A stretch of DNA of 64,000 nt from a virus (IMGVR_UViG_3300043015_002491:32001-96000), one strand, 5' to 3'; shown: positions 1 to 7,810, counted from the first letter of the stretch. The notes: generated by a model not told the origin, from the letters alone. Made by a program: numbers and translations.

Positions 1-248
1 TATGTTCCAAGTGTACCTCCAATAAGGAATGCTATGATTGGTAATGTTTGACCCTCAAGTATTGAGTTAGCACCAATAGACATTGATACAAGCCAAGCTA
101 GTGCAATACCATTACTGGTAAGAATAGCTGGTAACATTCTACGTTCAGCTGTATAAATTACATTAACAGTCCTCAAATATATGAAAACTATTTGACTTAT
201 CAAAACAACTAGTGCTGATAAGTATGAGTTATTTAATATCTCTTGCAT
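1..248 (-). CDS. Small membrane protein (DUF5698/DUF2179-like), truncated by window edge
   Basis: Manual translation MQEILNNSYLSALVVLISQIVFIYLRTVNVIYTAERRMLPAILTSNGIALAWLVSMSIGANS...GGTLGT; hydrophobic, runs off position 1. Confidence 0.6.
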   Translation of the reverse strand, partial: MQEILNNSYLSALVVLISQIVFIYLRTVNVIYTAERRMLPAILTSNGIALAWLVSMSIGANSILEGQTLPIIAFLIGGTLGT

Positions 249-354
249 CAATTCTTTTTTTATTTAACGAATCTCCTTCGATTATTAAACCATCTGGTCC
301 ATCACTTAATCTCATTAATTTAATGTTTTAAGGGGGTACAATACCCCCCTGGTT

Positions 355-1470
355 TTACAATACGTTATACAACTTCTTATTGTCGTAATTCATCATATAC
401 TCTCTTACACTTTCTACCTTACCATCGTTTAATCCGAAGAATAAACCTGTGTAAGCCTTGTGTGTCTTACCAGCAACTCTGAATACTTCCATTGCATATC
501 TTTTCTTTTCCTTTGGAGTTATGTTCTTTGGTCTTAAGCCTTTCAACTCACCCCACATACCTTCCAACTCACCTATAAGGTTATTGTAACCCTCGTGAAG
601 CTTAAATATTTCTTCTCTTCTTTCTGGGAAAGTAGCGGAAAATTCCTCAATCTCATTAGACTTAACAACATCCATTATATTGTGTTCAGCTAATTTCCCC
701 TTCAAATGATGAACTGCCACATATGCTGGATTCTTTATCTTGATTCTATTGTGGTTTGCATCCACAACAACATAACCTTCCTCTGTGAATGGCATACCTT
801 CAAAAGTTCTCTTGATAGCACCAACATTGTCAACATTCATGTCAAAAGCCTTAACTAATGGCACACCTATTGATATTGCGGTCATTTCAAGGTCTTTCCA
901 AGATAACTCCTTAAGAGTCTTTCTATTTCTTACTGTCAAAAGGGAAACCTTAGATTCTCCGTGTGGAGTAACCACTATATTATATGGGGTCATTAACTCA
1001 AATACATATACATGGTCCTTATCCAACAAACAATCATTGAATGAATACTTGTTGTTTAGTGTATTCCAGAATAATTCATTGAAAGTAGTACCTAACTTGT
1101 TGTTTACTTCACCTTCCCCTTCAGCGGTTCCAGTTGTAGCTGCGAACCACTCTTTCTTATTCCAATCCCAGTATACTTGAATCATAGACCCATCTTCCTT
1201 AGTCAACACCTTAGCTGTATCCCAGTCAATTTTAGCAGCGTGACCTTCTTCAGCGTTGAAGAACTTGAAGAAAGATAAAGACATGATTTCCCAAGTATTC
1301 TTTTCAAGTATAAGCCCTCTGCACTCTTGCACAATAACCTCACCCATAGATGATTCTATTTGGTCATACTTGATAAGAACCTTGTCCTCATATTCCCTAG
1401 ACTTTAATTTAAAGTCAGTAAGCGTCTTAGCAAGTCCATTTTCTTTTATGTATTCTATTACTCTTAACAT
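355..1470 (-). CDS. T4 Rnl1-like ATP-dependent RNA ligase
   Basis: Motif I KEDGS, ECRGLIL, FFKFFN, FEL, EGYVV, RIKIK. Confidence 0.88.
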   Translation of the reverse strand: MLRVIEYIKENGLAKTLTDFKLKSREYEDKVLIKYDQIESSMGEVIVQECRGLILEKNTWEIMSLSFFKFFNAEEGHAAKIDWDTAKVLTKEDGSMIQVYWDWNKKEWFAATTGTAEGEGEVNNKLGTTFNELFWNTLNNKYSFNDCLLDKDHVYVFELMTPYNIVVTPHGESKVSLLTVRNRKTLKELSWKDLEMTAISIGVPLVKAFDMNVDNVGAIKRTFEGMPFTEEGYVVVDANHNRIKIKNPAYVAVHHLKGKLAEHNIMDVVKSNEIEEFSATFPERREEIFKLHEGYNNLIGELEGMWGELKGLRPKNITPKEKKRYAMEVFRVAGKTHKAYTGLFFGLNDGKVESVREYMMNYDNKKLYNVL

Positions 1471-1503
1471 GATTATTATTTTATGATTTACACAAATATA
1501 ATT

Positions 1504-1532
1504 AAAAAAAGGGAACCACCAAACGATTCCCT
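1504..1532 (-). terminator. Intrinsic terminator
   Basis: Minus strand AGGGAATCGTTTGGTGGTTCCCTTTTTTT hairpin plus U tract after ORF 1545-1883. Confidence 0.7.
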
Positions 1533-1544
1533 AATTATTTTTAA

Positions 1545-1883
1545 TTATTCATCATCATCATCATCATCTTCACCCATTTCAAAATCTTCATTCATTTCAT
1601 TTCTAAGTTTATCTATAATCTTATATATGTCCTCATCTAACATATCCGCCATTGGATTTTCTAATCTTTGTGTTTCGTATAATTTTTTAGCTGAGAACAT
1701 TGAACATAACTCACCAAATAAATTTATATCATTTTCATCATGTATAATACCACTAATTAGAATCATGAAGTTACCCACATTAGTGATTATGTAGTCTTCT
1801 TTGTCAACCCCTTCTTTCATTAGGGCATCACCCATTTTAAAAATTTTTGCACTTAATTCATGGTGCCTTTTTTTGTTTTCCAT
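1545..1883 (-). CDS. Hypothetical protein with acidic C-terminus
   Basis: 112 aa ORF on the gene-dense strand. Confidence 0.7.
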   Translation of the reverse strand: MENKKRHHELSAKIFKMGDALMKEGVDKEDYIITNVGNFMILISGIIHDENDINLFGELCSMFSAKKLYETQRLENPMADMLDEDIYKIIDKLRNEMNEDFEMGEDDDDDDE

Positions 1884-2013
1884 CTTATTTAATTTGTGTT
1901 AATAATAAAAGCATTACAATACCAAAACCAATGATACATAAATTAACTTTTGTCGCTTCATCTAAATTTTTAAATCTCTTAAACATATTCAAATATATTA
2001 TTTTTTTTGGTTA

Positions 2014-2970
2014 TTAACCAAGTTTTTCTTCAGAAACTTTTCCAGAAAGATTTGGTCCATCTTCCCATTTACCCCAATACTTAATATCATTAGACATAAC
2101 TGGTTTACCACCCTTAGCTCTATTAACGGCTATTGTAATGTGTGGTTTTTCATTATCCGAATAATAACCCTCAACACCAACAGCTAAAGCCATATCAGAC
2201 ATACCAATACTAACAACCCTTAAGTTTACGGTCTTACCTAAGTCACCCTTAAGGTTTTCTGGTAACCCATTACCGAAGTTAATTGTCATGTGATGAGCAA
2301 TTATTTCCCAATCACCCCAAACATCACTTATTTTACTTCTAACCGCCTCTAGTAATTTAGTTCTAGATTTTTCATCCAATACAACACTTGCAAACATCTT
2401 TGGTTTATTTGAATACATAGGTTTTGCTTTAATAACTTTTTCAAGTGAAAGTGGTCCAACACTCTTATGAGATTGAATCATTGATTTAATTTTATCCAAT
2501 GGTACACCATGTGTATTCCTTTGCGCTAACTCTTCAGCAGAAAGACCGCCAGCACCTATATCAACAAATTTAATATTTTCATCAGCATAACCCATGTTTA
2601 ATGCTGCTTCAACATAATTCTTTGGTTCGTTAGCCTTGATGTTGGTATTGTCAACTATAACTGGTGACACACCCTTTTCCATAGCTTCCTTAGCCATCTT
2701 AAAGTTAAGTGAGTGCATCTTACTAAGTGGTGTGAAATCCTTATTAGAAATCATGTTTGAAAAGAATTCGTTATAATCACCTTGTGCTTCGATTCTGTCA
2801 TCAGTCGAGAATATGGCACCACCACCCTTAAGTTCTTTTGCTTTAGTCGATTTACCACTACCTGGTATCCCTCTCATCACAATAAGTTCTTGTTCTGGTT
2901 TTGACACTGTAACACCTAACGAGTTTTTCTCAACATTTTCTCTAAGTATTTTTCTTATATTTTCTTTCAT
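2014..2970 (-). CDS. Polynucleotide kinase (AAA_33 P-loop) fused to 2H cyclic phosphodiesterase
   Basis: GIPGSGKST Walker A, VIVDNTN, RNTHGVP; two HxT motifs (HHMTI, HITIA) in C-terminal domain. Confidence 0.85.
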   Translation of the reverse strand: MKENIRKILRENVEKNSLGVTVSKPEQELIVMRGIPGSGKSTKAKELKGGGAIFSTDDRIEAQGDYNEFFSNMISNKDFTPLSKMHSLNFKMAKEAMEKGVSPVIVDNTNIKANEPKNYVEAALNMGYADENIKFVDIGAGGLSAEELAQRNTHGVPLDKIKSMIQSHKSVGPLSLEKVIKAKPMYSNKPKMFASVVLDEKSRTKLLEAVRSKISDVWGDWEIIAHHMTINFGNGLPENLKGDLGKTVNLRVVSIGMSDMALAVGVEGYYSDNEKPHITIAVNRAKGGKPVMSNDIKYWGKWEDGPNLSGKVSEEKLG

Positions 2971-3512
2971 ACTAAAAATTCTTTAAATTTATTTTTCAAT
3001 TCTACCTCTGTTAAGTAAGTTTCAAGTTTTACCTTAGTTTCGTAATTTTCATTTTCACGCTCTAAAATATCATATGATACAATATCTTGTGGGAACTTAT
3101 GGCGTAATTCAATAAAGTGTTTAACACTTAACTCATAACCCTTAATTTCTTTACCTTCTTGATTAGTTCTATAATAAATAATACTATTTAAATAAATTGA
3201 CCTAATGGCATCTAACTCTTCATCTAACATAATATCTAATATCTCATCTATGGACATATTTAACCCTAAATATCTTAGAACCATATTTTTAATTTCATTA
3301 GGGATTGTTGAGAATGCTAGTGTTTCAATATCATATATTTTATGTAATCCAGCATCTTCCAATTCAAATCTTAATTCACTAGAATCTATGGTAACCCCTA
3401 TGAAGTTATCATCATCATAAAAAATATGGAAATCAAATAAGTCTAACGATGGTAAATAACCATCATCAGACAAAGGAATGTGTGTTACTATAATATTCTT
3501 AACGTTTATCAT
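2967..3512 (-). CDS. Hypothetical protein
   Basis: 181 aa ORF, TATATTTG promoter box just upstream, ATGA overlap with the next gene. Confidence 0.65.
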   Translation of the reverse strand: MINVKNIIVTHIPLSDDGYLPSLDLFDFHIFYDDDNFIGVTIDSSELRFELEDAGLHKIYDIETLAFSTIPNEIKNMVLRYLGLNMSIDEILDIMLDEELDAIRSIYLNSIIYYRTNQEGKEIKGYELSVKHFIELRHKFPQDIVSYDILERENENYETKVKLETYLTEVELKNKFKEFLV

Positions 3513-3559
3513 GTAACAAATATAATAAAAAAAATGAAACCTACAATGAAAAAATTAAA

Positions 3560-4273
3560 TTATTTTCTTTTTTTTCTAGATTCTTCTAATAATTCTTCAG
3601 CTGTATCACTTAAATGTTTAGGCATAACACTAATTAAATCCATCTTCTCATCATCATTAGCATTCTTAAAAACACTTAACATGATGTCATCACTAGGTAA
3701 TTCATTAAAAATATCCGCAAGTTCTATTGGTTCCCCATTATCAGTTTCAAATCTATTACTAGTTTGATAAAAATGTACCTTCTCACCATTAGATAATTTC
3801 ATCTTTTTAAAAGATTCTTTCTTTTCTTTAGCTCCAACATTTTTTTCTTTAGACCATCTTCGTAACCCATCAATTGTTATAGGTCTTTTTTCAGTACCGT
3901 AATCACCACTATTAACAAATTCAATTAACTTTTCATATGGAATAACATAATCGTATTGACCTTTAACTATATGTTTCCAAAATAAAGTTGTGATGACATT
4001 ATCCTTAACCACTAACACTAGTAAATGACCTGGTAGGTCATTATTTGGTTTTATTGGTTCTTTAGAGTCATATATAATAATACCCAAGTCTCTACCAAAA
4101 GAATCACCAAATTCTAAGCTTTCAATAAAATCAATCCTTTCATCAATTATTTTTTTACCTTCATCACCTATTTGGTCTAGTAAAGCAGTAATCCTTTCTG
4201 GATACCTTTGTTTAACAAAATGCTTTATATCCTTTATCGCTTCTAATAATCTTTGTCTAATAAATTCTTTCAT
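3560..4273 (-). CDS. Hypothetical protein with MKxxIxxxLxE N-terminus
   Basis: 237 aa ORF, coupled to upstream gene. Confidence 0.7.
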   Translation of the reverse strand: MKEFIRQRLLEAIKDIKHFVKQRYPERITALLDQIGDEGKKIIDERIDFIESLEFGDSFGRDLGIIIYDSKEPIKPNNDLPGHLLVLVVKDNVITTLFWKHIVKGQYDYVIPYEKLIEFVNSGDYGTEKRPITIDGLRRWSKEKNVGAKEKKESFKKMKLSNGEKVHFYQTSNRFETDNGEPIELADIFNELPSDDIMLSVFKNANDDEKMDLISVMPKHLSDTAEELLEESRKKRK

Positions 4274-4752
4274 TACTCACCTTTTAATATTTGTTTAAAC
4301 TTTCTAAGTTGTTCTTTTATTACGTTTTTAGCTTTAAAACTAGGACCCTTTTTGTTTATCGGTACTTTCACAGTTTTGGGTGACTTATCACCACCATTAA
4401 CATTAATAGTATATTTTCTATTATCCTTAAAGGTAATTTCGTTAAATTCTTTATCCAACTGATTTATTTCCATCTTAAGCTTAGGACCATCAGCTGAGAT
4501 AATTCTATGTATTTGAACATCCCCTAGATATTCACCTTGTATAATATGATTTAACTCGGCTTCTTTTCTTTTTTGTTTACCCGCAGAAACCCAGTCATTT
4601 CTAATACCAATAACCTCACAATCACCACCTACAGTAGCACTCATAAGGTCATCATTGTACTGTCCACCAGACTTTCCACATTCACATTTTCTCCATTTGG
4701 TGTGAATTAGTCTAACTACGTCATCACAATTTTTACAGATAATTAACTTCAT
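4273..4752 (-). CDS. Hypothetical Zn-binding protein (likely start MKLIICKNC)
   Basis: CxxC and CxCG motifs; ATATTTAT motif at 4758-4765 upstream of ATG at 4752. Confidence 0.65.
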   Translation of the reverse strand: MKLIICKNCDDVVRLIHTKWRKCECGKSGGQYNDDLMSATVGGDCEVIGIRNDWVSAGKQKRKEAELNHIIQGEYLGDVQIHRIISADGPKLKMEINQLDKEFNEITFKDNRKYTINVNGGDKSPKTVKVPINKKGPSFKAKNVIKEQLRKFKQILKGE

Positions 4753-4789
4753 ATTATATAAATATATTGAAACACGCAAAAAGATGAAG

Positions 4790-4879
4790 CGGAAGACAAG
4801 GGAATTGAACCCTCGGACCGCTCAAGGCGGCCAACGCATTAGCAGTGCGCCCCGACTAACCAACATTCGGCTATCTTCC
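4790..4879 (-). tRNA. tRNA-Ser(GCT)
   Basis: GGAAGAT/GTCTTCC acceptor, GCGCA-CTGCTAA-TGCGT anticodon arm, long variable arm, G73; no encoded CCA. Confidence 0.92.
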
Positions 4880-4884
4880 AAGTA

Positions 4885-4951
4885 CAGGATGGTTTTTTTA
4901 CGTAATCAAATTAGAAGTTTGGTCGTTAAAAATATTTGCTGAACCCATCCT
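4885..4951 (-). ncRNA. Small RNA family member A (closing stem plus CAGCAA), with CT-TCT-AA anticodon-like loop
   Basis: AGGATGG...CCATCCT closing stem; motif shared with four other loci. Confidence 0.6.
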
Positions 4952-4955
4952 TTAG

Positions 4956-5028
4956 TACCCCTACAGGGATTCGAACCCCGATTCTCGGCTTAGAAGGCCG
5001 ATGTCCTATCCAATTGAACGATAGAGGC
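4956..5028 (-). tRNA. tRNA-Arg(TCT)
   Basis: TCGGC-CTTCTAA-GCCGA arm, GGTTCGAATCC T-arm. Confidence 0.93.
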
Positions 5029-5133
5029 ATTTTGGTGAGAGGCTTTGGGTTAGATAAACCTCAATATTACATGAGAGACCCCCTAGAATGCATCACCATT
5101 GTGTGAGAACGTCTAAACGTTCCCGACTTTTAG

Positions 5134-5208
5134 TACACCTAGAAAGAATCGAACTTTCAATCTCTCAGTTCGTAGCCGAGTGCTTTAAATCCGTTAAGCT
5201 ATAGGTGT
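5134..5208 (-). tRNA. tRNA-Arg(ACG)
   Basis: ACACCTA/TAGGTGT acceptor, CTCGG-CTACGAA-CTGAG arm. Confidence 0.92.
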
Positions 5209-5216
5209 ATATTAAG

Positions 5217-5286
5217 TACCGACTGTGAGGTTCGAACTCACTTAACCGTCCATATGAAGGACTGTTCTTTTCCACTAAGTGTCGGC
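5217..5286 (-). tRNA. Atypical tRNA-Met-like (CAT) with weak D-arm
   Basis: GCCGAC/GTCGGT acceptor, GTCC-TTCATAT-GGAC arm, GTGAG-TTCGAAC-CTCAC T-arm. Confidence 0.7.
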
Positions 5287-5317
5287 ATGTCGCTACTATT
5301 CGACCTATCAATATTTG

Positions 5318-5389
5318 CTCCTTGGGGGAATTTCGAAATCCCGACCTATCGCTTAACAGGCGATTGCTCTACCTCTGAGCTACCAAGGA
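5318..5389 (-). tRNA. tRNA-Asn(GTT)
   Basis: TCCTTGG/CCAAGGA acceptor, ATCGC-CTGTTAA-GCGAT arm; non-canonical T-arm GGGATTTCGAAATTCCC. Confidence 0.9.
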
Positions 5390-5446
5390 ATAATTGTTTA
5401 TAGTTGGCCAAAACTAGTAAATAAATTAACTTTTGGCTGATTATAG

Positions 5447-5519
5447 TGGGCCCACTGAGACTCGAACTCAGAACAACTGATTATGAGTCAGCCGTTTTAA
5501 CCACTTAAACTACAGGCCC
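5447..5519 (-). tRNA. tRNA-Ile2(CAT, lysidine type), Met not excluded
   Basis: GGGCCTG/TGGGCCC acceptor typical of Ile2, GCTGA-CTCATAA-TCAGT arm. Confidence 0.85.
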
Positions 5520-5523
5520 TTTG

Positions 5524-5613
5524 TACTGGTGGTGAGATTCGAACTCACGTTTGGTAACAACCTCAAGAACCGCTACGTTTCTCCAAGATATAAGCTTGGG
5601 ACGCTACACCAGC
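5524..5613 (-). tRNA. D-armless tRNA-like gene with TAT (Ile) anticodon and long extra arm
   Basis: GCTGGTG/CACCAGT acceptor, CCAAG-CTTATAT-CTTGG arm, canonical T-arm, no D stem. Confidence 0.6.
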
Positions 5614-5692
5614 ATTTGTAGAGTAGGTGGGGTATTCTCCCACAATAAAGGGTCATAGTCCAGCGGTTTGTAGTTTGAACCTACTATTCTAG

Positions 5693-5778
5693 TTGGTAGG
5701 GTGGGACTCGAACCCACATTGTGCTTTCGCACCCAGTGTATCAGACTGGTCCCTGTAAACCAATTCGGGTACCTACCA
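5693..5778 (-). tRNA. tRNA with GAT (Ile) anticodon in a long-variable-arm body
   Basis: TGGTAGG/CCTACCA acceptor, CCAGT-CTGATAC-ACTGG arm, GTGC-GAAA-GCAC variable arm. Confidence 0.85.
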
Positions 5779-5785
5779 ATATTAA

Positions 5786-5875
5786 TGGCGGAGAGAGTGG
5801 GACTCGAACCCACACACCTCTAGGGCCTACGGTTTTCAAGACCGTTGCAGTTAGACCTACTCTGCTTACCTCTCC
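5786..5875 (-). tRNA. tRNA-Ser(TGA)
   Basis: GGAGAGG acceptor, ACGGT-CTTGAAA-ACCGT arm, variable arm, GCCA end. Confidence 0.93.
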
Positions 5876-5883
5876 GAATAAAG

Positions 5884-5970
5884 TACCCCATTGTAGGATT
5901 CGAACCTACGGTCCCCTAAAGGGACACCCGTTACACACGGGTCGCATTAAGCCACTCTGCCAAATGGGTC
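5884..5970 (-). tRNA. Atypical tRNA with TGT (Thr) anticodon, class II body
   Basis: ACCCG-TGTGTAA-CGGGT arm (G at 33), GTCCC-TTTAG-GGGAC variable arm, canonical T-arm. Confidence 0.7.
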
Positions 5971-5976
5971 ACTTTG

Positions 5977-6049
5977 CACTGCGTTAGAGAATCGAACTCT
6001 ATCCATCCGAGGTTTTGGAGACCTGGCGCATACCATTATGCTACGCAGT
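5977..6049 (-). tRNA. tRNA-Trp(CCA)
   Basis: ACTGCGT/ACGCAGT acceptor, AGGT-CTCCAAA-ACCT arm. Confidence 0.87.
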
Positions 6050-6127
6050 ATGTGTTTCAATACGTCAAAGAACATATCGGTTTAAAAGCCGATATTATCA
6101 ATTATCTGTTATTAATCAGATAACCTT

Positions 6128-6203
6128 TGGGGTGCACGAGGAATTTCGAAATCCCGACCTTCCGAATCACAGTCGGATGCTCTGCCTCTGAGCTACGTAC
6201 ACC
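6128..6203 (-). tRNA. tRNA-His(GTG)
   Basis: G-1:C73, TCCGA-CTGTGAT-TCGGA arm, encoded CCA; T-arm GGGATTTCGAAATTCCT. Confidence 0.92.
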
Positions 6204-6207
6204 ATAT

Positions 6208-6375
6208 TTAAAGAACTACGAAGAATACAACCTTTCCCCTTTCTTTTTTTATTTTTATTTCACCATTATAGCCTCCGTCTTCAGCTTTCTTTTTATACTT
6301 GTCGTAGATGGTATCAAAGTCTTTCTTAACTTCTTTTTCTTTTTCTACCCCAAGTTTTCTAACTCTCTCTTCCAT
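6208..6375 (-). CDS. 55-aa basic hypothetical protein, first gene of the tRNA operon
   Basis: Manual translation MEERVRKLGVEKEKEVKKDFDTIYDKYKKKAEDGGYNGEIKIKKERGKVVFFVVL. Confidence 0.6.
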   Translation of the reverse strand: MEERVRKLGVEKEKEVKKDFDTIYDKYKKKAEDGGYNGEIKIKKERGKVVFFVVL

Positions 6376-6388
6376 AATAATCGGACAT

Positions 6389-6421
6389 AAAAAAAGCCCG
6401 ACCAGTTTCCGAGTCGAGCTT
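6389..6421 (-). terminator. Attenuator terminator upstream of tRNA array
   Basis: AGCTCGACTCG-GAAA-CTGGTCGGGCT followed by T tract; G-U pairs fit a minus-strand RNA. Confidence 0.85.
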
Positions 6422-6455
6422 TATATTATTTTAGTTTTTTTATTTACATCACAAC

Positions 6456-6539
6456 TTAAATAATGGACATACTCGACTCATTTAGAGAATTACGTCTCCA
6501 ATTACTAATCGAATTTCTATGTATGTTCATTGTTCTCAT
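6456..6539 (-). CDS. Leader peptide MRTMNIHRNSISNWRRNSLNESSMSII (attenuator)
   Basis: 27-codon ORF between promoter and terminator; contains antiterminator GAGTCGAGT (6471-6479). Confidence 0.75.
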   Translation of the reverse strand: MRTMNIHRNSISNWRRNSLNESSMSII

Positions 6540-6574
6540 TGTTATAAAATTTTCTTTGTTTTTAAATATATATG

Positions 6575-6606
6575 CAAATATATGATAAAAGTTTCAATTT
6601 GGCAAG
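6575..6606 (-). promoter_or_regulatory. Bacteroidota-type housekeeping promoter for leader and tRNA operon
   Basis: TTG-N20-TATATTTG matches -33/-7 TAnnTTTG consensus. Confidence 0.75.
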
Positions 6607-6632
6607 TATTTTTATAAAAAAATTTTAAAAAA

Positions 6633-7223
6633 TTATTTTAAACTATAAAATCTTGTTGGAACTTCTTCCTTTGAAAGTTTGAAACTTAAGTTTTTACATA
6701 ACTTTTCAAAAGTTTCAGCAACTTCTTTACCTTGTTGTGACATTAGTGGATTATGATTAGTTTTAAATGACTTTGAGTACGTATATTTTATAGCATCTCC
6801 TTCATCAACACCATCAAAGATACAGGTTGTATCGTTATATTGAAACATGATTTGTCCAGATTCATATAATTCACTTGATGAATTAACTTTAGGGTCCCAA
6901 TATTTACCTCGACCTTGTGTTGAAGGTGTATCTTTGTCTACGAATCTAACTATAACATCTGAAAAAGCTGGCTTCACTTCAAATTCAACATTTCCTAATG
7001 CTTGGTCTCTGTATTTTTTAAACTTATTTACAAAATTACTTATTTGTGGGTTTCTTAACAATTCTTCATATTGCCTTTTCCAATGTTTGAATCTATTTTC
7101 ATCTATGTTGTTCACAGTTACTTCATCATATGACTCATTTATTAATCCCTTTGAAGCAAGGTATCTTTGTTCGGCTAACATGTTAGCCTTTTGTATGTTT
7201 AATTTCTTATCAAATTTTCTCAT
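6633..7223 (-). CDS. Hypothetical protein, shared MRKFDKK...AEQRYL N-terminus
   Basis: N-terminal ~25 aa shared with the two upstream ORFs. Confidence 0.75.
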   Translation of the reverse strand: MRKFDKKLNIQKANMLAEQRYLASKGLINESYDEVTVNNIDENRFKHWKRQYEELLRNPQISNFVNKFKKYRDQALGNVEFEVKPAFSDVIVRFVDKDTPSTQGRGKYWDPKVNSSSELYESGQIMFQYNDTTCIFDGVDEGDAIKYTYSKSFKTNHNPLMSQQGKEVAETFEKLCKNLSFKLSKEEVPTRFYSLK

Positions 7224-7237
7224 AATAAATCTTTATT

Positions 7238-7669
7238 TTACAAATCTTCTCTAGAAATTATTTTATATTCATCTGGGTTTTGACCAATGTCAGATAAGAA
7301 TTGCACCATAGCTTCCTTATCATTGGAGTATATACCTTTACCAGCTTTAATCATTGGGTCGTCTGATGCACCATAACCAACTGGGTATGGTGTGGTTAGA
7401 TTTACGTGTTTGAAAATATCACCACTCTTAAATAGGTTATATAATATAACCATATTGTCATTTGCTACACCAAAGTCTCTTGAAGAACTAACGTATTTGG
7501 ATATTTCTCGAATTAAATCATAAAAATTGTTTATATCTTTTAAATCATATTTAGCGTCACTCATTTCATTAATAACTTCTTCATTTTTTGATTCCTTACT
7601 TTCAAGGTATCTTTGTTCAGCTAACAAATTAGCTTTTTGGATATTATATTTCTTATCAAATTTTCTCAT
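7238..7669 (-). CDS. Hypothetical protein, shared MRKFDKK...AEQRYL N-terminus
   Basis: Same N-terminal module; ATATTTAT motif at 7685-7692. Confidence 0.75.
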   Translation of the reverse strand: MRKFDKKYNIQKANLLAEQRYLESKESKNEEVINEMSDAKYDLKDINNFYDLIREISKYVSSSRDFGVANDNMVILYNLFKSGDIFKHVNLTTPYPVGYGASDDPMIKAGKGIYSNDKEAMVQFLSDIGQNPDEYKIISREDL

Positions 7670-7703
7670 AATAAATCTTTATTTATAAATATCCATTATA
7701 AAC

Positions 7704-7731
7704 AAAAAAACCACCCGAAGGTGGTTTTTTT
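7704..7731. terminator. Bidirectional intrinsic terminator
   Basis: AAAAAAACCACCCGAAGGTGGTTTTTTT. Confidence 0.8.
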
Positions 7732-7810
7732 ATTAATCATGTTCCAATTCTTGACTTTCAAGTAATTATATAATTATAAGAATTTTAAACTTTCTTTTGG
7801 GTTTAACATA

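Noticed and set aside
5884-5970. Reading the atypical tRNA as Tyr(GTA)
   Set aside because: The ACCCG/CGGGT stem centres TGT in a 7-nt loop; GTA would be off-register.
5604-6390. ORF-track entries 5604-5813, 5721-5987 and 6127-6390
   Set aside because: They overlap tRNA genes or are antisense shadows; not credible proteins.
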